A DNA stretch of 64,000 nt. Origin: an uncultured Pantoea sp. Lineage in GTDB: Bacteria; Pseudomonadota; Gammaproteobacteria; Enterobacterales; Enterobacteriaceae. The stretch is taken from assembly GCA_966185695.1 (NCBI GenBank), contig CBIFUL010000010.1:2718-66717 (forward strand), written 5' to 3'. This document shows positions 49,931-60,353 of the stretch, in pieces. The position numbers and the translations under genes are program-made. Each line of letters starts with the position of its first letter. Position 1 is the stretch's first letter. The notes below the pieces were generated by a model that did not search any database, was not told where the DNA came from, and was given only the letters and a program-made list of their open reading frames with translations.

Positions 49931-50443
49931 TCACACGCTGAAATCCACCGTATTGTGGCGGGTAATCAGCGAACGTAACGGTACGCTGCTCTTCATAACC
50001 GGTGATTTGATCACGATGTAACTGAAATATTTATCGATGCCGATCTGCGCATCCAGCATCTTCTCAATCACTTCCTGGTAGTGCTCAATGCTGCGGGTAA
50101 TAAAACGCAGCAAATAGTCGTAGCCGCCGGTGATTAAATGGCACTCCATCAATTCATCCACGTCACGAACCGCATTCTCAAACTTCATAAAATCTTCACG
50201 GCGATGGCCCGACAACGTGACTTCGGTGAACACCGTTACGGAATCGGTGATTTTGGTCAGATTGATGTGCGCTTCATAACCGGTGATAAAACCGGCCTGT
50301 TCCAGACGTTTCACCCGTTGCAGACAAGGGCTGGGCGAAAGTCCCACGGCGTCGGCGAGATTGACGTTGCTGATTCGGCCATCTTTTTGTAGTTGCACCA
50401 GGATATTGATGTCGATGCGGTCGAGTTTCATTAAGCCGTTCAT
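49931..50443 (-). CDS. Lrp/AsnC-family transcriptional regulator
   Basis: LDRIDINIL, GRISNVNLA, VGLSPSPCLQRVKRLE, GGYDYLL; start 50443 or 50431. Confidence 0.92.
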   Translation of the reverse strand: MNGLMKLDRIDINILVQLQKDGRISNVNLADAVGLSPSPCLQRVKRLEQAGFITGYEAHINLTKITDSVTVFTEVTLSGHRREDFMKFENAVRDVDELMECHLITGGYDYLLRFITRSIEHYQEVIEKMLDAQIGIDKYFSYIVIKSPVMKSSVPLRSLITRHNTVDFSV

Positions 50444-50583
50444 AGCACACCTCATTGTGGACCAAACGTGCAGGCAGTCCCGAAGGTATAGCACGCTGAG
50501 GGGGCGTTGCAAAGCACTTGCACGCGCCACCTCGAGCGAACTTGTAGTCAATAATTCCAGCGTTATCAATGAGGAAGCGGTAT

Positions 50584-51900
50584 TTATCCTAAACGCCCGC
50601 TGGCGCGGGCCAGCGCGATATCAAAGATATGCAAGGCCTCTTCGAGCTGTGAATCGGTGGTCACCAGCGGCGCAAGGAAGCGCACCACGCTGCGATGAAT
50701 GCCGCACTTAATCAGCAGTAATCCCTCCTGGCAGGCGCAGTCGAGGATTTTCTGCGTCATCGCCGCGTCGGGTTTGCCGGTTTCGAAATCGATGATTTCA
50801 ACCGCCTGCATAAAGCCAATGCCGCGCACGTCGCCAATGCAGGCGTACTTCTCCGCCAGCTGTTGCAGGCGCGCATTGAGCTGCTCACCCAGCTGATTGC
50901 TGCGCGCGATCAGGTTGTCGTGTTCCAGCAGATCCAGCACCGCCAGCGCCGCCGCACACGCCAGCGCATTGCCGCCGTAGGTGCCGCCCAATCCGCCCGG
51001 CTGTGGCGCATCCATGATCGCCGCTTTACCCACCACACCGGAGATCGGCAGGCCGCCGCCGAGGCTTTTCGCCACCGTCACCAGATCCGGCGTGATGCCG
51101 AGATGCTGGAAAGCAAACATCTTGCCGGTGCGACCAAAACCGGTTTGCACTTCATCCAGAATCAGCACAATGCCGTGCTTCTCGGTAATGCGACGCAGCG
51201 CCTGCATGAAATCGGCACCGGCTTGCAGGAAACCGCCGTCGCCCTGCACCGGCTCGATAATGATCGCCGCCACGCGCTCGGGCGCAATTTGTACCGTGAA
51301 CAGCTGATCCAACGCCTGCAAGCAATCTTCATCGCTAACGCCATAGAACGCGTTGGGGAACGGCAAACGGTAGATATCGGACGGGAACGGGCCGAAGTTC
51401 TGTTTGTACGGCTGGCTCATGCCGGTCAGCGTGGTGCCAAGCAGCGTGCGGCCGTGAAACGCACCGTCAAAGGCGATAATGCCGGGGCGTTTGGTGTGCG
51501 CACGCGCAATTTTCACCGCATTTTCTACCGCCTCTGCGCCGCTGGTAAAGAACACGCTCTTGAAATCTTCGCCGTTGCCGACCAGCGCATTCAGGCGCTT
51601 CGCCAGCTCGATGTAGCCGGGATAGGCCAACACCTGAAAACAGGCATGCGATACCAACCCCAGCTGCTGCGTCACCGCATTCACTACCGCCGGATGGTTG
51701 TGGCCGACGTTCAGCACGCCAATCCCGCCGACGAAATCGAGATAGCGATGCCCTTCCACATCCCACACTTCACTGCCCTTGGCTCGTTCAATCACCAGCG
51801 GATGGGCGGTGACGACGCCCCGTGGCACCTGCTGCTCACGCGCGTCCAGTAACAAGCTGCTATCGGTAAATGTTTGCTGCTCCGCCATAACATTCTGCAT
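50584..51900 (-). CDS. gabT: Class III omega-aminotransferase (GabT/PuuE/DavT-like)
   Basis: DFVGGIGVLNVGH, GAEAVENA, FHGRT, EPVQGDGG, DEVQTGFGRTG, AKSLGGG (PLP Lys). Confidence 0.88.
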   Translation of the reverse strand: MQNVMAEQQTFTDSSLLLDAREQQVPRGVVTAHPLVIERAKGSEVWDVEGHRYLDFVGGIGVLNVGHNHPAVVNAVTQQLGLVSHACFQVLAYPGYIELAKRLNALVGNGEDFKSVFFTSGAEAVENAVKIARAHTKRPGIIAFDGAFHGRTLLGTTLTGMSQPYKQNFGPFPSDIYRLPFPNAFYGVSDEDCLQALDQLFTVQIAPERVAAIIIEPVQGDGGFLQAGADFMQALRRITEKHGIVLILDEVQTGFGRTGKMFAFQHLGITPDLVTVAKSLGGGLPISGVVGKAAIMDAPQPGGLGGTYGGNALACAAALAVLDLLEHDNLIARSNQLGEQLNARLQQLAEKYACIGDVRGIGFMQAVEIIDFETGKPDAAMTQKILDCACQEGLLLIKCGIHRSVVRFLAPLVTTDSQLEEALHIFDIALARASGRLG

Positions 51901-52015
51901 TTTAACCACCCCTTTCCACTTAACGTTCGGTTGGCTCAAGTATCGCAACCCGTTGGTTTCTCACGCTGCCGTAATCGCACGGGCAGCGGCATTTCCTGTC
52001 AAAATCCCCCGCGAT

Positions 52016-53155
52016 TCAGCAGGGAAATTCTGCACGCAGCGCAGCGCGGGCGATGGCCGTGAATGCCTGAATACCGTGCGGAATCAGCGCGTCGTTGAAG
52101 TCATACGCGGAGTGATGCAGAGGCTGACTCGGCGCAGAACCGATCCACAGATAGGCTCCGGGACGCGCCTGCAACATAAAGGCGAAATCTTCCGAGGTCA
52201 GCGCCGGTTGGGCCGCCTGCTGCGCGGGCACATCGGCCTGAATCAGCGCCTCCAGCGCCAGCTGCGCGGCGGCGGCATGATTGACGGTGGCCGGGTAATA
52301 GCGCAGATAGTTGACCTCAGCCTGCAGGCCGTGCGCCGCGCTGATGTGCTGCGCCATGGCGCGCAGGCGCTGTTCGAGGGTGTCCTGCGCCGCCGCGCTA
52401 AAGGTACGCACCGTGCCGGTGATGCTGGCTTCCGCCGGGATCATATTGTGCGAGAAGCCGCCCTGCATGCGGGTAACGCTCAGCAGCGCCGGCTCGCAGG
52501 GATCAACCGCGCGCGCCACCAGCGTGTTGAGCTGCACCACCAGTTCGCTGGTGGCCAGCAAGGTGTCGCGGGTTAAGTGCGGCTGCGCGGCATGTCCGCC
52601 GCCGCCTTTGAGGGTGATATCAAAACGATCCGCCGCCGCCATGATGGCGCCCGCTCGGGTTTGTACGCTACCGAGCGGCAGTTCCGGCCAGTTGTGCAGC
52701 GCAAACACCGCATCGCAGGGAAATTGCTGGAATAGGCCGTCGTCAATCATCGCCTTCGCGCCAGCCAATCCCTCTTCCGCAGGCTGGAAGATAAACACCA
52801 GCGTGCCATTGAGATCATCCTGCTGCGCCAGCGCTATCGCCGCACCCAGCAGCATCACCGTGTGGCCATCGTGACCGCAGGCGTGACAGACGTTATCCAC
52901 CACGCTTTTCCACGGCTGGGTACCGTTATCCTGCATCGGCAGCGCATCCATATCGGCGCGCAGGCCAATCATGCGCGAACCCGAGCCGCGTCTCAGCACG
53001 CCAACCACGCCGGTGTTGCCCAGGCCGCGATGCACCTCAATGCCGTGCTGTTGCAGCAGGTTGGCGACGATAGCGCTGGTGCGCGTTTCCTGAAAACCCA
53101 ACTCAGGATGGGCGTGCAGATCCCGGCGCAGCGCGACTAATTGTTCCAGTTGCAT
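52016..53155 (-). CDS. M20D-family amidohydrolase (hippurate-hydrolase-like)
   Basis: HPELGFQE, LRADMDALP, HACGHDGH, QPAEEG, HNWP, SEDF; ATG at 53155. Confidence 0.9.
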   Translation of the reverse strand: MQLEQLVALRRDLHAHPELGFQETRTSAIVANLLQQHGIEVHRGLGNTGVVGVLRRGSGSRMIGLRADMDALPMQDNGTQPWKSVVDNVCHACGHDGHTVMLLGAAIALAQQDDLNGTLVFIFQPAEEGLAGAKAMIDDGLFQQFPCDAVFALHNWPELPLGSVQTRAGAIMAAADRFDITLKGGGGHAAQPHLTRDTLLATSELVVQLNTLVARAVDPCEPALLSVTRMQGGFSHNMIPAEASITGTVRTFSAAAQDTLEQRLRAMAQHISAAHGLQAEVNYLRYYPATVNHAAAAQLALEALIQADVPAQQAAQPALTSEDFAFMLQARPGAYLWIGSAPSQPLHHSAYDFNDALIPHGIQAFTAIARAALRAEFPC

Positions 53156-53156
53156 C

Positions 53157-54083
53157 TTAATATCCTCGCTGACGATCGATAACGCCCACCATCGCTTCAC
53201 CGCGCTGATAGCGGCGCACGTTGTCGAGCAGCGCCGCGACCGCGCTATCGGTTTGCGTTGCGCTTGCGATGTGCGGCGTTAGCCAAATGGCCGGATGCTG
53301 CCAAAACGGATGATCTGCCGCCAAGGGCTCGGGATCGGTAACATCGATCACCGCCGCGCTGAGGTGTCCGCTGCGCAACGCCGCCAGCAGATCCGCTTCA
53401 TCAAGCTGCGGCCCGCGCCCCACCTGCACCAGCGCCGCACCGGCGGGCAGCTGCGCGAACAGCTTGGCGTTAAGCAGGCCGCGCGTGCTGTCGGTGAGCG
53501 GCAGCAGGCACACCAGAATGTCGCTGTGGGCGAGGAAGTCGCCGAGCTGGTCGCTACCGTGCAGGCAGCGCACGCCGTTGATCGCGCGCGGCGTGCGGCT
53601 CCAACCGGCGCAGTCAAAGCCCAGCGCCACCAGCTGTTTGAGCGCGGCCTGGCCAAGTTCGCCCAAGCCCATCACGCCGACGCGTCGCGACGCGGCGGTG
53701 CGAATCGGATGCGCCTGCCACACGGCGTCGCGCTGCTGCTGAAAGTAGCGCGGCATGTCGCGGTGCAAACCAATAACCGCAAAGGTGACGTACTCCACCA
53801 TGCCTTGCGTCAGGCCGGGTTCGATCATGCGCACCACCGGCAAATCGGGCGGCAGCGCGCTGAGATCAAACTGATCGGCACCCGCGCCCACCGAAAGCAG
53901 CGCTTTGAGATTGGGAAAGGTGGCCATGACATCGTCCGGCGGCTGCCACGCCACCAGCAGTTCAACCTGGCTGGCATCGCCGATGTCCGGCCAGATATGC
54001 AGCTGCACGTCGGGCGCATGTTCAGCCAGCCAGCGCTGCCAGTGCGCGCCGCGCGTGGCTTCAGATTTGTAGACGATATGCAT
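53157..54083 (-). CDS. D-2-hydroxyacid dehydrogenase (GhrA-like)
   Basis: GAGADQ, MVEYV, GLGELG, LLPLT, VGRG, TPHIAS; ATG at 54083. Confidence 0.88.
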   Translation of the reverse strand: MHIVYKSEATRGAHWQRWLAEHAPDVQLHIWPDIGDASQVELLVAWQPPDDVMATFPNLKALLSVGAGADQFDLSALPPDLPVVRMIEPGLTQGMVEYVTFAVIGLHRDMPRYFQQQRDAVWQAHPIRTAASRRVGVMGLGELGQAALKQLVALGFDCAGWSRTPRAINGVRCLHGSDQLGDFLAHSDILVCLLPLTDSTRGLLNAKLFAQLPAGAALVQVGRGPQLDEADLLAALRSGHLSAAVIDVTDPEPLAADHPFWQHPAIWLTPHIASATQTDSAVAALLDNVRRYQRGEAMVGVIDRQRGY

Positions 54084-54928
54084 CAGGCCATCGCCTGGGT
54101 CATCAACCCGAACGCCTGCATTTCCCCGACCTGCGGCGACCACGGCGTGCCGCGCACCATGGTGGTAGGCGCATCCACCTGCACCAAACCCAGCGATGTC
54201 AGCCACGCGCCCAGCGGCAGCGCGCCGTCGGTATCAATACGCACGAACTCGCCGCGAAGACCTTGCATCAGTGCGGCAATCAACGTTTGTGCCAGGGTAA
54301 CATCCAGCGCGATCACCGGGCCGATTCCCCAGCCGTGCCCAAAGCGGCGCAGGCTGGCAAAGCCGTGGACCTGCTGCTGCGCGTCTTGCAGCAGCACGGT
54401 TTGGTGATCGGCGATCAGCCTGTTGATAAGCGTGGGACGCCACATGCCGTGCGCCTGATGATCGAGTTGCGTGAGCCGATCCGCATCTGCTGGATGCGCA
54501 TTTCGCAGCGTTAACCCGGCGGGCATGTTGACCGGCGGCACCGCGGCCAGCTCGCGCGTTTGATGCTGCTGGATATGGCCGGTGACCTGAAAGCCAAGTT
54601 TTTCGTACAGCCCCTTGCCCATTTCGGTGGCGTGCAGGCGGATGTGGTAATCGGGGAGAGTGTCCATTACCGCCAGCATCAGCTGCTTGCCGATGCCGCG
54701 TCCCTGACAGTGCGGATTGACCACCACCAAACCGATGGTGGCAGCCCGTTCGCCCCAGCGCCAGCCAAAGGCGCTGCCAACGAATGTCCCCTGCTCCTCC
54801 GCAACGATCCCTTCGCCCAGCGCCAGCGCCTCAAGCCAATCTTCGCGGCGATGCGGCCATTTGAGCTCCTGGGTGATCGCCAAGCCGTGTTCGGTATCCT
54901 CTCGCGTCATGGCGCGTAGTGTGATCAT
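54083..54928 (-). CDS. Two-domain GNAT N-acetyltransferase
   Basis: WPHRREDW, QGRGIGKQLM, GKGLYEKLGF, second domain WGIGPVIA; ATG at 54928. Confidence 0.85.
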   Translation of the reverse strand: MITLRAMTREDTEHGLAITQELKWPHRREDWLEALALGEGIVAEEQGTFVGSAFGWRWGERAATIGLVVVNPHCQGRGIGKQLMLAVMDTLPDYHIRLHATEMGKGLYEKLGFQVTGHIQQHQTRELAAVPPVNMPAGLTLRNAHPADADRLTQLDHQAHGMWRPTLINRLIADHQTVLLQDAQQQVHGFASLRRFGHGWGIGPVIALDVTLAQTLIAALMQGLRGEFVRIDTDGALPLGAWLTSLGLVQVDAPTTMVRGTPWSPQVGEMQAFGLMTQAMA

Positions 54929-54995
54929 TTGCTGTTCCTTGTGTTGGCATCGCACATCGTCGTGGCAGTGCGATACATCGCATTATTTGAAACCA

Positions 54996-55109
54996 GGTCG
55001 CCATGAATGGCGTTATCACTACTTGTGCGTTCATTAACCAGGTCGCCATAAATGGCGACCCTACAGGCGCACGATCCCGGCAGTTGTAGGGTGCGCATTA
55101 ATACGCACC
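54996..55109. repeat. Partial REP-B, REP-B and REP-A (family 1)
   Basis: ggtcgccatgaatggcg (54996), ggtcgccataaatggcgaccctac (55041), gtagggtgcgcattaatacgcacc (55086). Confidence 0.85.
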
Positions 55110-55121
55110 GGGTACATGTCA

Positions 55122-56786
55122 CTATTCCGCCTTCAGCACCTCTTCGTGCTCGTCCAGCCAGCCCTGGCGCAGTTCCGGTACGGCGCGTTTCAGGCGCTCG
55201 AAGTAGAGTTCGCTGGTGGGCTTATCGTAATCGGCGCGGGCGATCTGCGTGACGATCTTGCCAGATTGCATCACCACAATGTCGTCGCACACCGCGCGCA
55301 CTGCGTGCATGTCGTGGCTGATAAACAGCACCGACAGGCCCAGTTCGCGGCGCAGCTCGCTGATCAGATCCAACACCGCCGCCGCCACCACCGTATCCAG
55401 CGCCGAGGTCACTTCATCGCACAGAATCAAATCCGGTTCCGCCGCCAGCGCGCGCGCCAGATTGACGCGCTGCTTCTGCCCGCCCGACAGCGCCCACGGG
55501 CGGCGCCACAAGACGTTACGCGGCAACTTCACCAAATCCAACAGCTGATGCAAGCGACGCTGGCGCTCAGCCCCTTTCAAGCCGTGGAACAGCGTCAGCG
55601 GGCGCGTCAGAATCTGCTCGACGCTGTGCGCCGGGTTCAGCGCGGTATCCGCCATCTGGAACACGTACTGAATACGGCGCAGCTCGTTATCCGGGCGCTT
55701 GTGCATGTCGCCGTTGATGTAGTAACCGTTAAACAGAATGTGGCCGTGACACGGCGCGTTCAGCCCGGCAATCGCGTGCGCCAGCGTGGTTTTACCGGAG
55801 CCGGATTCGCCAATGATGCCAATCGCCTGGCCTTTCCACAGCTTGAGGTTGATCTCCTCCAGAATGCGCACTTTCGGCTGGCCGTCGCTGCCGATTGGCC
55901 CGTAACCGGCGCTAAGATCGCGCACTTCCATCAGCGGCTGACTATCGGCTGCGGCTCCGCTCCAGCTGCTGGGGCGCTCAAGCTGGCGCGCGGCATCCAT
56001 CAGCAATTGGGTATAGGGCGCCTGGGGTGCGCCAATCAGCTTTTCGGTGCTGCCGTATTCCGCCATCTTGCCGCGCAGCAGCACCAGAATGCGATCCGCC
56101 ATTTGCGCCACCACGGCGAGATCGTGGCTGACGTAAATCGCCGTCACGCCGCGCTGCGCCACCACGCGGCGAAACGCCTTCAGCACTTCAACTTGCGTCG
56201 TGACGTCCAGCGCGGTGGTCGGCTCGTCCAGAATCACCACGTCGGGATCGCCAATCAGCGCCATCGCGGTCATTACACGTTGCAGCTGGCCGCCCGAAAC
56301 CTGATGCGGAAAGCGGTCGCCAATGGTGTCGGGATTGGGCAGCGCCAGCTCGCGGAACAGCGCAATCGCCTTCTGCTTCGCCGCTTTGCGCTTCATGGTG
56401 CCGTGAATCACCACCGGCTCAATCACCTGATCGAGAATGCGCATGCCGGGATTAAACGATGCCGCCGCGCTCTGCGCGATGTACGCCACTTTGTTGCCGC
56501 GAAACTCGCGTAGCTGGCCCGGCGACAAACTGCGCACGTCGGTGCCCGCCACGTGAATGTTGCCCTCGGCGATGCGGCAGCCGTGGCGCGCATAGCCCAT
56601 CAGCGCCATGGCAATGGTGGTTTTGCCGGAGCCGGATTCACCAATCAGCGCCAGCACTTCGCCCTTTTGAACGGTAAAACGAATGTCCGAAACCAGATCG
56701 ATCTCTTCACCCCGATCGCCGTGCGCTGAGACGCGCAGGTTTTCCACGGCAATCACCGGCATGGCAGTATGTGGCGTCACGTTCAT
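55122..56786 (-). CDS. Opp/Dpp-type ABC ATPase, fused DppD/DppF
   Basis: Two Walker A motifs (GESGSGKTT x2), SGGQLQR and LSGGQKQR; ATG at 56786. Confidence 0.9.
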   Translation of the reverse strand: MNVTPHTAMPVIAVENLRVSAHGDRGEEIDLVSDIRFTVQKGEVLALIGESGSGKTTIAMALMGYARHGCRIAEGNIHVAGTDVRSLSPGQLREFRGNKVAYIAQSAAASFNPGMRILDQVIEPVVIHGTMKRKAAKQKAIALFRELALPNPDTIGDRFPHQVSGGQLQRVMTAMALIGDPDVVILDEPTTALDVTTQVEVLKAFRRVVAQRGVTAIYVSHDLAVVAQMADRILVLLRGKMAEYGSTEKLIGAPQAPYTQLLMDAARQLERPSSWSGAAADSQPLMEVRDLSAGYGPIGSDGQPKVRILEEINLKLWKGQAIGIIGESGSGKTTLAHAIAGLNAPCHGHILFNGYYINGDMHKRPDNELRRIQYVFQMADTALNPAHSVEQILTRPLTLFHGLKGAERQRRLHQLLDLVKLPRNVLWRRPWALSGGQKQRVNLARALAAEPDLILCDEVTSALDTVVAAAVLDLISELRRELGLSVLFISHDMHAVRAVCDDIVVMQSGKIVTQIARADYDKPTSELYFERLKRAVPELRQGWLDEHEEVLKAE

Positions 56787-57646
56787 GCTCCCTCCTTCGC
56801 CAACGTCAGCGGTCGCATCTGCTGCAAGCTGTCGATGAACAGGTTTACGCCAATGGTCAAACTGGCAATCGCTACCGCCGGCATCAGCACCGCAGGCGAT
56901 CCGTTGAACAAGCCCTGAATGTTTTCCCGCACCAAGGTGCCCCAATCGGCATACGGCGGTTGCACGCCGAGCCCAAGGAAGCTCAAGCCGCTCAGCGTCA
57001 GCACCACGTAGACAAAGCGCAGGCCAAAGTCGGTGAGCATCGGATGCACCATGTTCGGTAAAATATCGTGAATCGCCACGTACCAGCGACTTTCGCCGCG
57101 CAGCCGCGAAGCGCGCACGTAGTCCATGTTGCGCAGGCTGCTTGCCATGGCAAAGGCAATGCGGAACGCGCCCGGCCAATAGGTAATGATGGCGGTGAGA
57201 ATCAGCATCGGCAGCGACGAACCGAACACCGCCACAATCATCAGCGACAGCACTTTGCCCGGCAGCACCAGCATCGCGTCGTTAATGCGCCCCAGCAGCT
57301 CTTCCAGCCAGCGGCCGCCCAGCGCCGCCAGCAGTGCCAGTAACGTACCAATCACGCTGGCGCACAGCGCGGCACTCAGCGCCAGCCCAATGGAGAACTT
57401 CGCGCCGTACAGAATGCGGCTGAGAATGTCGCGGCCAAGGTAATCGGTGCCGAGCAGGTTGACGTCGGTCATGCCGCCGAGCATTGGCCCGCCGCCGATG
57501 TCATCCACGTTATGCGGTGCCAGCTGCGTACCAAAGAGCGCCATCAACACCCAAAACAGCGAGATCAGCAGGCCGAGACGCCCGGAGATCGACAGCGCCT
57601 GAAACAGGCGCACGGGAAGCAGTAAGCTCTTCATCAGCTCCTCCAT
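56783..57646 (-). CDS. Opp/Dpp-type ABC permease (DppC-like)
   Basis: LLGTDYLGRDILSR, LSGLSFLGLGVQPP. Confidence 0.9.
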   Translation of the reverse strand: MEELMKSLLLPVRLFQALSISGRLGLLISLFWVLMALFGTQLAPHNVDDIGGGPMLGGMTDVNLLGTDYLGRDILSRILYGAKFSIGLALSAALCASVIGTLLALLAALGGRWLEELLGRINDAMLVLPGKVLSLMIVAVFGSSLPMLILTAIITYWPGAFRIAFAMASSLRNMDYVRASRLRGESRWYVAIHDILPNMVHPMLTDFGLRFVYVVLTLSGLSFLGLGVQPPYADWGTLVRENIQGLFNGSPAVLMPAVAIASLTIGVNLFIDSLQQMRPLTLAKEGA

Positions 57647-58587
57647 TTTGGGTTAAAGGCAATGGTTAAAATATCCGCCGCCAGCAGCAGCACCAGATAG
57701 CAGGCGGCGAACATCATTACGCACAGCTGCACCACCGGCAGATCGCGGTTGCTCACCGCATCCACCAATGCGCTGGCGAGGCCGGGATAGCTGAAGATTG
57801 ATTCGATAATGATCACCCCGCCAAACAGATAGGACAGGCTGAGCGAGATGGCATTGGCAATCGGCCCCACCGCATTGGGCAGCGCGTGGCGCAGTACCGC
57901 CCGCAGCGGCGACACGCCTTTGAGCAGCGCCATCTCTAAGTAAGGGCTGTCGAGCTGATTGATGATCGCCGCACGCGTCATGCGCGCCATTTGCGCCACC
58001 AGCACGCAGCACAGCGTCAACACCGGTAGCGCGTAGGCTTTGAGGTAGCTCACCAGATCCATATCCGGGCTGCCGAATGACATCGCCGACACCCAATGCA
58101 GTTTTACCGCGAAGATCAGCACCGCCACCGTCGCCACCAGAAACTCCGGTACCGCCACGGTGGCCATGGTGCTGATGACCAGGAAGCGATCCAGCGCGGT
58201 GCCACGGTTCATCGCCGCGAGAATGCCAATCACCAGCGCCAGCGGCACGCAAATCACCGTGGTGATGCCCGCCAGCTCCAGCGTGGCCGGTATGCGCTGC
58301 TCCACCAGCTGCAACACCGGCAAATGGCTGGCAAACGAGGTGCCGAAGTCACCTTGCAGCATGCCGCCTAACCAGCTGAAATAGCGCACCAGCAGCGGCT
58401 GATCCAGCCCCAGCTGCTGGCGCAGCGCCGCCACCGTTTCCGGCGTGGCGTTCTGCCCGAGAATCATTTGTGCGGCATCGCCAGGCAGCATGCTGGTGAT
58501 AAAAAACACCACCGCCGAGACGATAAGCAAGGTCAGAATGCCCGCTCCCGCGCGTCGGGCAATCAGGAACAATAGGTATCGATTCAT
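57634..58587 (-). CDS. Opp/Dpp-type ABC permease (DppB-like)
   Basis: GDFGTS, RHALPNA, IESIFSYPGL; ATG at 58587. Confidence 0.9.
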   Translation of the reverse strand: MNRYLLFLIARRAGAGILTLLIVSAVVFFITSMLPGDAAQMILGQNATPETVAALRQQLGLDQPLLVRYFSWLGGMLQGDFGTSFASHLPVLQLVEQRIPATLELAGITTVICVPLALVIGILAAMNRGTALDRFLVISTMATVAVPEFLVATVAVLIFAVKLHWVSAMSFGSPDMDLVSYLKAYALPVLTLCCVLVAQMARMTRAAIINQLDSPYLEMALLKGVSPLRAVLRHALPNAVGPIANAISLSLSYLFGGVIIIESIFSYPGLASALVDAVSNRDLPVVQLCVMMFAACYLVLLLAADILTIAFNPKWRS

Positions 58588-58672
58588 CGGCGTACTCCTT
58601 ATACCCAATGACGTCAGGCTACAGAGGTCTCTTCCTGCACCCTGCATTCATTGTGTAGAGAAATTGTTCATA

Positions 58673-60277
58673 TTAAGCGTTTAGCCAGGCAAATTCATGG
58701 AAGCGATAGCCCATCATCATGCCGCTTGGCCAGGCTTCCACGCCGCCCACTTTTTTGCTGTAGCCGTCGGTTGAGCTGATAAAGGTGGGAATGATGGTGC
58801 CGCAGTGGTCGTAAATCAGCTTCTGCATGTCGCCGTACATCTGCTTGCGCTGCGCCTGATCGCGCTCGCCGCGTGCGGCTACCACCAGCTGATCGAACTG
58901 CGGATTCTTCCAGCCGGATTCGTTATTGGCCGCCGACGACAGGTAGAACTGCGAGAACAGCATATCCAGCGTCGGGCGTGGGTTGATGGAGCCGTAGCCA
59001 ATCGGATCCTTGGTCCAGTGCGTTGACCAGTAGCCGTCGTACGGCACGCGGCGCACTTTGATGTTGAGGCCGGTGCTGCGCGACACTTGCTGAATCAGCT
59101 GGCCACCCTCCACCGAACCTTCGATGTTGGGCGTGGTGATGATCTCCACCGTTGCGCCTTTCATGCCGGCCTTTTCCACGTGGAACTTGGCTTTTTCGGC
59201 ATCCAGCGCGCGCGGTTTGAGATCGGCGTTGTACAGCGGGTGCCACGGCGGCACCGGCGTGTCATTACTGACGTCGCCGTAACCTTGCAGCACGGTTTTC
59301 ACGATGATGTCGCGCGGTTGCAGGTATTTCATCGCCAACACAAAATCTTCGTTGCTGCCCGGTTTGACGTCGGTACGAACGATCAGGTTGGTGTACATGC
59401 CGGATTTACTCTCCAGAATGCCGAAGTCGCTGGTGGCCTTGATGCGGTTGCAGTCGGCGGCGCTCAGCGTTGAAACGATGTGCAGATCGCCAGACATCAG
59501 CGCATTGACCCGCGCCGCCTGATCGGTGACGCCCAGCAGCTCCACTTCGTCCAAATGCGGCAATCCCGACTTGAAGTAGTTGGGGTTTTTCACCCCCACC
59601 GAACGCACGCCCGGCGTGAACTCTTTGAGCTTGAATGGCCCGGTGCCGATGCCTTTGCTGAAGTCTCGGGTGCCGTCCTGCACGATCAGGAAGGGTGCGC
59701 TCGCCAGCATAAAGGGCACATCGAAGTTGGCCTGGCTCAGCACCAGCGTCACTTCATGCTCGTTGACGGCGTTAAAGGATTTGAACTGATCCGCCAGCTT
59801 GAAGGCGTTGGAGGCGACCGCGGGATCTTTGTGGCGGCTCAGCGAATAGATGACGTCTTTGGCGGTCAGCGGTTTGCCATCGTGGAAGGTGACGCCCTGA
59901 CGCAGTTTAATCTGCCAGGTGATGCCGTCGCTGGACTCCACCGATTCGGCCAGCGCCGGTTGCACCGCGAGGCTTTTATCCAGCTCGGTGAGGCCGCTGT
60001 AAACCATGAACTGGCGCGTGTAATCGCCGCTGTTGTTGCCTTTGGCCGGATCGAGCGTATCGGTGGCCGAGGCGTTGGACATGGCGGCACGCAGTTTACC
60101 GCCCTTAACCGGCGTGGTTGCCGCGAAGCTCATCTGCGGGAAACCGATAATGCCGCTGCTCATGGCCGCACCGGCCGACAACAACTTCATCAGGCCACGG
60201 CGTGACATCGAGCCTTGCGTCAGCATGCGGGTTAACGCCGGATTTACTGCGTCAGAATCTGGATTGAATTTACTCAT
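58673..60277 (-). CDS. Family-5 ABC substrate-binding protein with twin-arginine signal
   Basis: SRRGLMK, TLDPAK, LAES, LRQGVTFHDG, GTGPF. Confidence 0.88.
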   Translation of the reverse strand: MSKFNPDSDAVNPALTRMLTQGSMSRRGLMKLLSAGAAMSSGIIGFPQMSFAATTPVKGGKLRAAMSNASATDTLDPAKGNNSGDYTRQFMVYSGLTELDKSLAVQPALAESVESSDGITWQIKLRQGVTFHDGKPLTAKDVIYSLSRHKDPAVASNAFKLADQFKSFNAVNEHEVTLVLSQANFDVPFMLASAPFLIVQDGTRDFSKGIGTGPFKLKEFTPGVRSVGVKNPNYFKSGLPHLDEVELLGVTDQAARVNALMSGDLHIVSTLSAADCNRIKATSDFGILESKSGMYTNLIVRTDVKPGSNEDFVLAMKYLQPRDIIVKTVLQGYGDVSNDTPVPPWHPLYNADLKPRALDAEKAKFHVEKAGMKGATVEIITTPNIEGSVEGGQLIQQVSRSTGLNIKVRRVPYDGYWSTHWTKDPIGYGSINPRPTLDMLFSQFYLSSAANNESGWKNPQFDQLVVAARGERDQAQRKQMYGDMQKLIYDHCGTIIPTFISSTDGYSKKVGGVEAWPSGMMMGYRFHEFAWLNA

Positions 60278-60353
60278 CTGCACACCCTCAATATGAATTG
60301 TTGTAAATCGTTTTTTGGCTGTGTTTCATTCACCACGTGCAGCATCAGGCTTA

